Virus record (IMG/VR): IMGVR_UViG_3300048625_000009
Span: 1-60,533 of that record
DNA length: 60,533 bases
Source: a virus
Lineage: Duplodnaviria > Caudoviricetes
Strand: one strand, 5' to 3'
The notes below the pieces were generated by a model. The model ran no database searches and had not been told where the DNA came from. It was given only the letters and a program-made list of their open reading frames with translations. Positions 8,775-17,251 of this stretch are shown piece by piece; positions within the stretch are counted from its first letter, which is position 1; every line of letters starts with the position of its first letter. Both the position numbers and the translations under genes were made by a program.

Positions 8775-10943
8775 TTAAGCACCTAATTCGCTGAAGCTAA
8801 TGCTAGAACGAGCAGCCACGAAGTTTAGAGTAATAAAGTTGATAGAACGGTTTGGCTTAACGTAGATGTCAGCAACAAAGTTGTTAGAGTCAATTACTTG
8901 ACCAGTGTTGTTAGACTCATCACACTTAACAGCGAAATCAGTAATACCACGACGACCTTGGATGTCACGTAGGAATGGCTCGATCAAGTTCTTGAACTGA
9001 GCGCGAGTGAACGGATCGTTGAATTCAAACAACTGATACTTAGCAGCAGTAGCGATAGCTTTTTCCATAACGATGAACAAGCGACGAACGTTGATACGAT
9101 CGAATGCAGATGGCTTTGCCAACAATGTCTTGTCACCGAATAGAACAGTACCTTCGCCTGGGAATGTTACAACTGGGTTTACACCAGCTTTGTACAGAAC
9201 ATCACGATCTGCTTTAGTTGGGTTGTGTGCCAATTTAACAACGTTCTTGATCTGACCACGTGTTAGACCAGATGGAGAGAACCATGGGTCATTAGTGTAA
9301 TCAGTACGTGCGCATAGACCAGCAGTATCACCGTTCAATGGAACCCAACGGTATTTATCGTTGTAACGGTCATATTGATACTTGTAACCAGAGTCAAGTA
9401 CAGCGTAAGAAGTAGAAGGTAATACGTTACGGTAAGCAACGATCTTATCTGTAGCAGCAGAACCACCACCGATAATAACTTCACCAGTATCTACGTCTTG
9501 TGGAGATGCGAATACCACGCAGTCTAGACGAGTTTCAGCAACATTACCGATAACGTAATCAACAACAGTAGCATCAGCCTTGCCCATTAGAACTAGAGAG
9601 ATATCATATTGAGCATCATCAGCAAACAAAGAGTAAGCTGTTTCTAATTGGCCATCAGTAGCAGTAAGGTTATCAACACCACCAGAAAGCGCACGAGTCA
9701 CTGCAGAACCGATAGTAACGAATGATTTACCAGCAGAAGATGTACCCCAGTTGGTGCCACCAGCAGTATGATCCATCCAATAGATGTATTGTGAACCATT
9801 ATTGATAGCGTCTTTGTAATAGTTGTTAGTACCATCAGACTTCTTAACATCAGAAGCCTTAGAAACAAACGCGAATTTTTCTAGAACAGTTCCTGGTGTT
9901 CCTGTCCATAGACCGTTATCGTCAACAACAACAACGTGCAGTTCATCATTAGAACCACCAAGACCATCAGCATAAGAAGATGTGCTTGGAGCAGAATCAA
10001 AGTTAGCTTTGTATGCCCACGCACCGAAAGATGCAGAGTCAGCCATAGAAACTGTTAGAGAGTTTCCTAGAGAACCTGGAAAACGAGCAGCCCACTCACC
10101 GTTAACACCTTCGCCATTAGCAAAAGACATTAAATAGTCATTAGTATTATTGATCTTAACACCACCAACAGCAATTAAAGCTGTATACACAGCAGTAGTA
10201 CCAGAAGCAGGTGGAGCAATTGTTACTGTAGGAGCAGTAGAGTAACCTGTACCAGCATTAGTAATAGTTAAACCAACGATAGTAGAAGCAGAAATTGTTA
10301 CTGTACCAGCAACGAAACCATTACCGCCACCAACAGTTACTGTAGGAGCAGAAGTGTATCCAGAACCAGCTGTATCGATAACGATAGCGCTGATAGATCC
10401 ACCAGATTGGGTTACATGAGCAGTTGGGGCAACACCACCAGCAAGTTGCGGAGCAGAAAATGTGACGATAGATCCATCAGAATATCCAGAACCACCTTGA
10501 GAAACTGTAACACCAGTTACGCCTCCACCAGACAAACGAGCAGTAGCAGTAGCTTGAATACCAGAAACATCATCAGGTGCTGTAATGGAAACTGCTGGAA
10601 CAGAAGTATATCCAGAGCCTACATTACCTTGAGCGAAACCAGTAATAGTACCAGTTTGAATAGCAACAGCGTTGCGTTGTGTGCCAGTGTCAGCGCGGCT
10701 GATCAAAAGGCTATTTGTATAAGACAGGAAGTTCGCTGCAGTAAAAAAGGCTTGGGCATTGGCGTCTTGTGGCTTACCGAAGATACGAACTAATTCGTTC
10801 TCGGAAGTAACAGATGTAGGAGCCAAAACTGGACCCCATGCAAACGCACCAGCGAATGCTCCACGTGAGCTAGACACGGCTGGAACGATTGCTGAAAAAT
10901 CTTTTTCTACGACTGCAACGCCTGGAGATAATTGGAAAGGCAT
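8775..10943 (-). CDS. gp18: Tail sheath protein gp18 with inserted GxGY-P beta-repeat domains
   Basis: MPFQLSPGVAVVEKD N-terminus, DSGYKYQYDRYND, PWFSPSG and FDRINVRRLF motifs. Confidence 0.97.
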   Translation of the reverse strand: MPFQLSPGVAVVEKDFSAIVPAVSSSRGAFAGAFAWGPVLAPTSVTSENELVRIFGKPQDANAQAFFTAANFLSYTNSLLISRADTGTQRNAVAIQTGTITGFAQGNVGSGYTSVPAVSITAPDDVSGIQATATARLSGGGVTGVTVSQGGSGYSDGSIVTFSAPQLAGGVAPTAHVTQSGGSISAIVIDTAGSGYTSAPTVTVGGGNGFVAGTVTISASTIVGLTITNAGTGYSTAPTVTIAPPASGTTAVYTALIAVGGVKINNTNDYLMSFANGEGVNGEWAARFPGSLGNSLTVSMADSASFGAWAYKANFDSAPSTSSYADGLGGSNDELHVVVVDDNGLWTGTPGTVLEKFAFVSKASDVKKSDGTNNYYKDAINNGSQYIYWMDHTAGGTNWGTSSAGKSFVTIGSAVTRALSGGVDNLTATDGQLETAYSLFADDAQYDISLVLMGKADATVVDYVIGNVAETRLDCVVFASPQDVDTGEVIIGGGSAATDKIVAYRNVLPSTSYAVLDSGYKYQYDRYNDKYRWVPLNGDTAGLCARTDYTNDPWFSPSGLTRGQIKNVVKLAHNPTKADRDVLYKAGVNPVVTFPGEGTVLFGDKTLLAKPSAFDRINVRRLFIVMEKAIATAAKYQLFEFNDPFTRAQFKNLIEPFLRDIQGRRGITDFAVKCDESNNTGQVIDSNNFVADIYVKPNRSINFITLNFVAARSSISFSELGA

Positions 10944-10998
10944 TGTAATTCTCCTTGTTAATAAGTTTTACTTTAGACAGAAAATCGTGTCTACATTT

Positions 10999-11005
10999 TA
11001 TTTAG
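10999..11005 (-). promoter_or_regulatory. Late promoter core CTAAATA upstream of gp18
   Basis: Intergenic tatttag; a short inverted repeat tagaca/tgtcta lies in the leader. Confidence 0.55.
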
Positions 11006-11023
11006 TTTTTACAAGTTTTCAAC

Positions 11024-12604
11024 TCAGAAATTCAAAGGCTCGGCATCACCGTCCCCATTATCATAGAATCCGAATGGCGTCAGTTCCTCTTCGATAGCTT
11101 GCATTTGTTTCTTATACATAATCTCTCGGAGGTTTACATTATTTAGCTCTTTAAAATACGGGTTAGTTGTTAGCCAACCAAAGAGAACCAACGGCATTAC
11201 CAAATCATCGTGATAGCCTTCATCTGCTGCGTAAGAACCCTTAACCTCAATAAATGTTGAGATTTCAGAGATTGTATCAGCATCGTTAACAATCAGCTTA
11301 TTTTCTTCGACCATAGCTTTGAAGTTGTGACATCCAATGCGTTTGACCTTTTTATCAGTGTTAACACCCAGTTGAGTTTTACCTCCACCGAAGCCACCAC
11401 CAATTACCTGTCCATTAGTGTGGCGGTTTACCATTAGAATGTTCTCATATTCGAGTTCACTATAAAGTATGTGCGCAACTTGTTCACTAATGTTAGTTTC
11501 AATTAAGATATAAGCCTCATTGTATTCCTTACCAATCTTGTATAAAACGTTAGGATACAACAGCGGGCTAATCTCGTTATTTCTGTACTTACCAACAATA
11601 CGGTAAGGTACTTCTGTTATGTCGATAATCTGGAAAGCAGAGTGATCTCCACCAACACCTTTAGCGACGTCAGCAATAATACAATATGTATGCCCAGCAG
11701 ATGGACGTACATAGATGTCTAAACCATCTTTCTGATAGATTAGTGGATCCACAGACATCTTAGCAATAACATCGGCGTTGACCAATGTTAAACTAGAACC
11801 CAAGAACTTACATGCAACCTCTTGGTTGTACTTTAGTTCACCAAGCATCATCTTCTGTTCTTGTGCCCACTTCTCATCACGACCTGGAATTTCCCAGTAA
11901 GGAATGAATAGAGGGACAAATCCGTTACGACCTTTCTCAGCATCATTCCAGAATTTCCAGAAGTGATTATAACCAAGTGGCGTAGAAGATAGAAGAATCT
12001 TTGTTGTTTGACCCGCAGAAATAGTAGGGTAAACAGAAGTGAAGAACTGTTCAGCAACAGTGTTTGGAATAATCGCAGCTTCGTCAACATACAATAAGTT
12101 AACAGACTTACCACGAATACCAGAAGCAGATGTTGCTGCAGTGAATACTTTAGAACCATTTTCTAGTTCAATGTCACCTTTGTTCCAAGTAGTAACACCT
12201 TGTTGGAGCCATATTGGAAGAGCCTCATACATAGTCTGATAACGATCCAAAACTTCACGAGCAGCAGTGGCTTTGTTTGCCAAAATAGCTACGTTCTTGT
12301 TTGCTTGGAATAGAGTGTACCAAAGGATATAGGCAGCTGATGTAGTCGTCTTACCTTGCTGACGACCTTCCATAAGAATAACACGACGGTTATTATGGAT
12401 GACATTGATTTTGTTTTTCTGACAATCATACAGAGCGAACTTAATCAGACCATGATCTAGAGAAACGATGTAACAGTAATTTTCAATAAAGTAGATAGGG
12501 TCTTGGGAGCACTTCATATACTCCTGAACTTGTTCAGATGTATAGTTTACCTGAACTCCAGCTGCCTTTAAGTTACCATTTGAATTATAATTTTCTGATG
12601 CCAT
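11024..12604 (-). CDS. gp17: Terminase large subunit gp17
   Basis: Walker A GRQQGKT, Walker B LLYVDEAA, STPLGYNHF, nuclease ADVAKG and HDDLVM motifs. Confidence 0.97.
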   Translation of the reverse strand: MASENYNSNGNLKAAGVQVNYTSEQVQEYMKCSQDPIYFIENYCYIVSLDHGLIKFALYDCQKNKINVIHNNRRVILMEGRQQGKTTTSAAYILWYTLFQANKNVAILANKATAAREVLDRYQTMYEALPIWLQQGVTTWNKGDIELENGSKVFTAATSASGIRGKSVNLLYVDEAAIIPNTVAEQFFTSVYPTISAGQTTKILLSSTPLGYNHFWKFWNDAEKGRNGFVPLFIPYWEIPGRDEKWAQEQKMMLGELKYNQEVACKFLGSSLTLVNADVIAKMSVDPLIYQKDGLDIYVRPSAGHTYCIIADVAKGVGGDHSAFQIIDITEVPYRIVGKYRNNEISPLLYPNVLYKIGKEYNEAYILIETNISEQVAHILYSELEYENILMVNRHTNGQVIGGGFGGGKTQLGVNTDKKVKRIGCHNFKAMVEENKLIVNDADTISEISTFIEVKGSYAADEGYHDDLVMPLVLFGWLTTNPYFKELNNVNLREIMYKKQMQAIEEELTPFGFYDNGDGDAEPLNF

Positions 12605-13347
12605 TAAAAGTTATTCATCCAGTTTTCACTGGAAACAGTAGCGTTAGTTGTATCACCTGTCGCTACGAATGTTTGATTCGGATTAGCGAAGTTCTCGTTG
12701 TTGCCGATATTTGCGTTAACTTGGGAGATAACATTTTTATCAGTAACTGGACCATATAAATTCAACTTCATTTCAAAGTTTAATGTATGTGTCACAAAAC
12801 GACGATCTTGGAAAGATCCATCGTATTCATCATCGACTTGAACACTATTTAGAATGATAGGTACATCAGTCTGAATCCCCATCTCTGGAATAGCATTAAT
12901 CGTTAAAGTGTAATCTGGAGTAAATGTTGGAAGGATCTGTTCAATAATTTGGAGACCATCTTCCTGTGTTTTTGTCAAAATGTATAATGACATATCTAAT
13001 GTGTATGGCACTGGAGTATATACTGCAGACTGACTTGATCCAGTACCAGACTTAACTTGTTGCATACGATTAGTTTTACGATGCGCATCATATCTGTAAC
13101 CAGTAATCTCGAAAGACATTCTTGGTAGAGTTGTATATGTATTGTTTTCTAGGTTTGGATCAGAGTCCAAACGAACAATCCATTTTTCCTTTGGTGCGTA
13201 GGCTAAAGGAATTTGTAGTCTTTGAGCAGTTGTGCCATTAACAGAGTCGCCAACTTTTCGATCAATGTAGATGTCACTAAACAAGCGACCAAATGCTACA
13301 ATGCTTTTGCGAATGATGCCGTGGTAATAGATGTTTCCGTTAAGCAT
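12604..13347 (-). CDS. gp15: Tail sheath stabiliser / tail completion gp15
   Basis: IRKSIVAFGRLF, IPLAYAPKEKW, LPRMSFE and QIIEQILPTFTP motifs. Confidence 0.93.
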   Translation of the reverse strand: MLNGNIYYHGIIRKSIVAFGRLFSDIYIDRKVGDSVNGTTAQRLQIPLAYAPKEKWIVRLDSDPNLENNTYTTLPRMSFEITGYRYDAHRKTNRMQQVKSGTGSSQSAVYTPVPYTLDMSLYILTKTQEDGLQIIEQILPTFTPDYTLTINAIPEMGIQTDVPIILNSVQVDDEYDGSFQDRRFVTHTLNFEMKLNLYGPVTDKNVISQVNANIGNNENFANPNQTFVATGDTTNATVSSENWMNNF

Positions 13348-14246
13348 TATTTAATCTCACCGAATGGATTAGACTCATCGAAGTTGATAACTGTTGACGC
13401 TTCTTGTTTAAATTTATTGTTATCGCCATAGCTCTCTGTTTTGTCGATATCTATTTCAACTTCACATGTAGCTTGTGCTCCAATGCCATCACCATTGATA
13501 GTTATTAGAGGTGGTGTCTGATAACCAGTTCCTGCATTTGTGATTGTGATAGAGGTGATAACCCCATTAGTGATAACAGGTGTTAACACTGCTCCGAAGC
13601 CAGCTGCGCTCACTAAAGAGATAGTTGCTGATGTATAACCAGATCCACCATTAACAATAGTTGTCTTTACTACTTCACCATGAGGGTTTCGAGTAGTATT
13701 TGTATTAAATGTTTTCAATGTTTCGAATGTATCAATAGCAGCAATGCCAGTATCGATACTTTCAGAAGCATATTGGAATAGTTCTACTTGGAGTTTGTAA
13801 ACGTATAGCTTACCGAGTTGGTAGAATGGGTCTTGATGCTGAACAAACTTAATTTCAAACAACCCCTTTGATAATGGGAAATAGATTAAGTCGCCTTCAT
13901 TTGGACGATTAGGTAACTGAGTCACTCCATATCGACCAACGAACATATCCCAACGTCTACGAGATACAACTAAGGTAGCAGACTGTTCGACCATAAGACC
14001 AAACTTCTGAATAAATGCTCCCTGCCCACCGAATGAATCTACATTCTCGAAATACATTTCAATAGGGAATGCAGACTTAAATTCACTAAGACGATCTTCA
14101 CCTAGAATGTTATCCTTTGACACTAATGTTCTTGGGATGTACATAACCTCGTTCCCATACATACGTAACGATTCGATGATTAGATCTTCTACAAGGTACT
14201 GCTCATTGCGAGTACCGTGTGTAAAGTAAACATTAGTTGTTGACAT
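13347..14246 (-). CDS. gp14: Neck protein gp14
   Basis: EQYLVEDLIIESLRMYG, RPNEGDLIYFP, PFYQLGKLYVY and C-terminal ESNPFG motifs. Confidence 0.93.
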   Translation of the reverse strand: MSTTNVYFTHGTRNEQYLVEDLIIESLRMYGNEVMYIPRTLVSKDNILGEDRLSEFKSAFPIEMYFENVDSFGGQGAFIQKFGLMVEQSATLVVSRRRWDMFVGRYGVTQLPNRPNEGDLIYFPLSKGLFEIKFVQHQDPFYQLGKLYVYKLQVELFQYASESIDTGIAAIDTFETLKTFNTNTTRNPHGEVVKTTIVNGGSGYTSATISLVSAAGFGAVLTPVITNGVITSITITNAGTGYQTPPLITINGDGIGAQATCEVEIDIDKTESYGDNNKFKQEASTVINFDESNPFGEIK

Positions 14247-14247
14247 C

Positions 14248-15204
14248 TTAGCCCATTATGAAGTTTAGTGGTGCTGACTTGTTTTGTAAGTCATCTTCTA
14301 ACTCTCGAATCTCTTGCGTAGCTTCTAAGTATAGCTTATCACCATCAAGTGTAACACCACCTGGAAGTTGAATGCCAGAGAATTTCTTAATGTTAATCGC
14401 CCATTGTTTCTTGAACTGCGCTGTGACATATCGTTTCAGCCATGCTTCATTCCAGATTTTAGTCCACTGAGTAGGGTCCATTGCACGATAACACTTGATG
14501 ATAATATAATCACCGAATGCTACATCAGACTGCCAGTTGATATCAAGATACATACGATCTTGTAAACGGTTAAAACGGAAATTGTCTTTACCATTTAGAG
14601 TCCAGTCTAGTAAGTCTAGATGCTGCATAACAGTAGTGTAGTAAATGATAGATGTAGATGTTAAATCGTACAAGTCATTCAAACGTAATTGGTACTGTAA
14701 ATCAAAAATGTTCTTAGAAGATGATGCTTGCCCGATAGAAAGAACATCTGTAATACCATAGACATAGTCTGGAATATTGATGTAACGATTATCATATTCA
14801 CGTGGAGTGATAGAAACTGTAGTTGCAGTAACTGTTGTTCCTTGAATAGCCTCGCCTGGAATAAACGTACCAACAATATTTTTAACAAGCAATAGTGTTC
14901 CAGCAGACATGCGCTGAGATTCGCGTGTTACTGTAGCCTTAGCTCCAGAAGTTGCTCCAGTGATATGTTCTTCGAGAGCAAATTGATCTGCAACCGCAGT
15001 AGTAAGGATAATTTCTGATGCGCGAATTTGTTGCTTTAGATAAATTTCTTCGACACCTTCGTAATGATACAGACGCCAGTAGTCTAGACACTCATCAATA
15101 CGGTCTTCTAACTGATCGTCGTCTACGTTAATTTCCAATACTGGAGCACCAAGTGCTCTCAAGCAGTATTGTTTTAGAGATTCTCTAGATGTTGGGATAG
15201 CCAT
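14248..15204 (-). CDS. gp13: Neck protein gp13
   Basis: LKQYCLRALGAPVLEINV and KKFSGIQLPGGVTLDG motifs. Confidence 0.93.
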   Translation of the reverse strand: MAIPTSRESLKQYCLRALGAPVLEINVDDDQLEDRIDECLDYWRLYHYEGVEEIYLKQQIRASEIILTTAVADQFALEEHITGATSGAKATVTRESQRMSAGTLLLVKNIVGTFIPGEAIQGTTVTATTVSITPREYDNRYINIPDYVYGITDVLSIGQASSSKNIFDLQYQLRLNDLYDLTSTSIIYYTTVMQHLDLLDWTLNGKDNFRFNRLQDRMYLDINWQSDVAFGDYIIIKCYRAMDPTQWTKIWNEAWLKRYVTAQFKKQWAINIKKFSGIQLPGGVTLDGDKLYLEATQEIRELEDDLQNKSAPLNFIMG

Positions 15205-15214
15205 TTGTTATACC

Positions 15215-17224
15215 TTAAGCAGTGAATAGTGTTGGAACACCTTTAATAACAGCTGTACCAGAAGAAACAGTTGCTTGTAATAAGACATTGCTGCCAGAAA
15301 TTGTTACACTAAATGCCGTGTTAGTGGTAGCAGTTTGCAATTCACTATCTGTTAGGTAGTTTGATGACATTGTGGCAGTTGTGCCATCATGTACAACTAA
15401 GAATTTCATAATTTTATATGCAGATCCATTTTTAACTTGAACAGTAAACTCACCAGAAGTATATGTAGCTTTAGGGAATGAGAATACAGTCTGTGCAGAA
15501 GATCCAGATGTAGTGAAAGAAAAAGAATCTCTAGTAGCAATATCTTGATGATTAAAACCTTTTGATTTATAGTAACCATAGGTTCCAGAGAATACTCCAC
15601 TAGTTTCAGTACCATCTACATAAAATTCCATTTGATTGGAATCATTACCCAATACTAAAGCAGCGTTTTTATCACTACCTTTAAAGTAGTGCATACGCAG
15701 ACCAACATCTTTACCGTCATCAGAAGTTAGTACACCACCATCTGTAGAATGTAATTCTAAAATAGAGTCTGAATAACTTGAATTTGTAGATGTAACAGTA
15801 GTAGTTGTACCTTGAATCGTAATGTTACCTGTGACAGTTAAGTTACCAGATAGCAGAGTTGTTCCAGCAGCATTTCCAAGATTAAGAGTAGTAGCAGCAC
15901 CAAAGGCATTAACTGTAGTAGCTATTGTATTCCATAAATTCTGAGTAGTCTGCGTGCCAACAATAGTTGGATTCCCGAGCGTTAATGTTCCGCTAGTTCC
16001 ACCAAGACGAACTGTAGTAGCAGCGCTACCCACATTAAGTGTAGTAACTACTGAATTGAAAATAGATCCAGTTGTTCCAGTAGTAGTTGTAATCGTAGGC
16101 GTCTTCATCTGTAAAGCGCCTGTAGAGCTGATAAATCTCCACTTTTCATTCGCGGCTAAAAATCCACCAGTACCTAAAATAATATCACCGACTGCTGAGT
16201 TGCCACCAGTTGCTAATACTAAGTTACCATTTAATCCAGATCCACCTACAGGTTGTACAAAGAAATATCCATCATTGTTGCCTGTTATTGTATAATTACT
16301 ATCACTAAAATTAGATCCAGTAATACCCATATCAGCCCAACCAGCTGTATCTGAACCATTATCTGCATATGCAACAAGATCAGATGAACCTGCTGAGTTT
16401 GAGTTAGTCATTGCTAACTGAGCATATGTACTACCACCAGCTTTAAAAACACCTGCAGGCGCTGTAAGAGGTGATGTAGAAGCGTTAGTTCCAACGTATA
16501 ATACGCTGCCGACTGCTAGCGATTTTACAATAGAAGCACCACCAGCAATAGTTAATGCGCCATTTGTTCCAGTAGTGGCATCAGCAGTGCCACTAATAGC
16601 AATAGATGTTAGACCCGCAATAGTAGATGACGAGCTTCCAAGATCAATAACTGTTGACCCGATAGTAACGTTAGCAGTCGCCCATGTAGGAGCATAACCA
16701 GCACCAGCAGACTTCAAGAATGTTCCAGAAGCACCAGCTGTAATGAATGTAGATAAACCAGTATCAGCCTGAATAATCAACTGTCCAGCAGAACCACCAG
16801 CAATGTTCGTTGCTGTAGCAGCAAGAGTAGATGTACCAGCAGAGATAGAAGAAGCTGCAACCCAAGTAGGGGCACCAGTACCACCAGAAGTTAAAATCTG
16901 ACCAGATGTACCAGCAGCAGAAAGAGCTAAACCACCAGATGTAGAATAAGCTACAGCACCAGCGGTAGCTGTGAGAGAAGAACCAGTACCACCATATGCT
17001 AAACCAACAGCATTACCCTGCCAAGCAGAGCCAGTACTAAATGTTTTGTTTAGCGCTGTTTGTGATGAGATATTATTAAGCATGGTGGCACCGCCACCTG
17101 CAGTAGTTCCATCATGTAGACGAATCGTTTTAAGATCGGTGTCAACAGAAATTTCACCAATAGCGCCTGTAAACGCATTGTTCTGTGTTGTTGTACCTCG
17201 TCTAAATTGTACTTGTGTTGACAT
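15215..17224 (-). CDS. Tail fibre protein with Mtd-N-like anchoring domain
   Basis: N-terminal QVQFRRGTT...GEISVDTD...LHDGTTAGG; Gly/Ser/Thr-rich shaft. Confidence 0.75.
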   Translation of the reverse strand: MSTQVQFRRGTTTQNNAFTGAIGEISVDTDLKTIRLHDGTTAGGGATMLNNISSQTALNKTFSTGSAWQGNAVGLAYGGTGSSLTATAGAVAYSTSGGLALSAAGTSGQILTSGGTGAPTWVAASSISAGTSTLAATATNIAGGSAGQLIIQADTGLSTFITAGASGTFLKSAGAGYAPTWATANVTIGSTVIDLGSSSSTIAGLTSIAISGTADATTGTNGALTIAGGASIVKSLAVGSVLYVGTNASTSPLTAPAGVFKAGGSTYAQLAMTNSNSAGSSDLVAYADNGSDTAGWADMGITGSNFSDSNYTITGNNDGYFFVQPVGGSGLNGNLVLATGGNSAVGDIILGTGGFLAANEKWRFISSTGALQMKTPTITTTTGTTGSIFNSVVTTLNVGSAATTVRLGGTSGTLTLGNPTIVGTQTTQNLWNTIATTVNAFGAATTLNLGNAAGTTLLSGNLTVTGNITIQGTTTTVTSTNSSYSDSILELHSTDGGVLTSDDGKDVGLRMHYFKGSDKNAALVLGNDSNQMEFYVDGTETSGVFSGTYGYYKSKGFNHQDIATRDSFSFTTSGSSAQTVFSFPKATYTSGEFTVQVKNGSAYKIMKFLVVHDGTTATMSSNYLTDSELQTATTNTAFSVTISGSNVLLQATVSSGTAVIKGVPTLFTA

Positions 17225-17244
17225 AGTTTTCCTCTAATTCGATA

Positions 17245-17251
17245 TATTTAG
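17245..17251 (-). promoter_or_regulatory. Late promoter core CTAAATA
   Basis: tatttag overlapping the upstream stop codon, before the fibre gene RBS. Confidence 0.55.

Noticed and set aside
11024-12604. Intein or intron in terminase, portal or capsid genes
   Set aside because: Lengths are normal and I saw no intein splice motifs or interrupted frames.
15215-17224. Mtd-like N-terminus suggested a diversity-generating retroelement target
   Set aside because: No reverse transcriptase and no template/variable repeat pair was seen in the window; the Mtd-N domain is a common fibre anchor.
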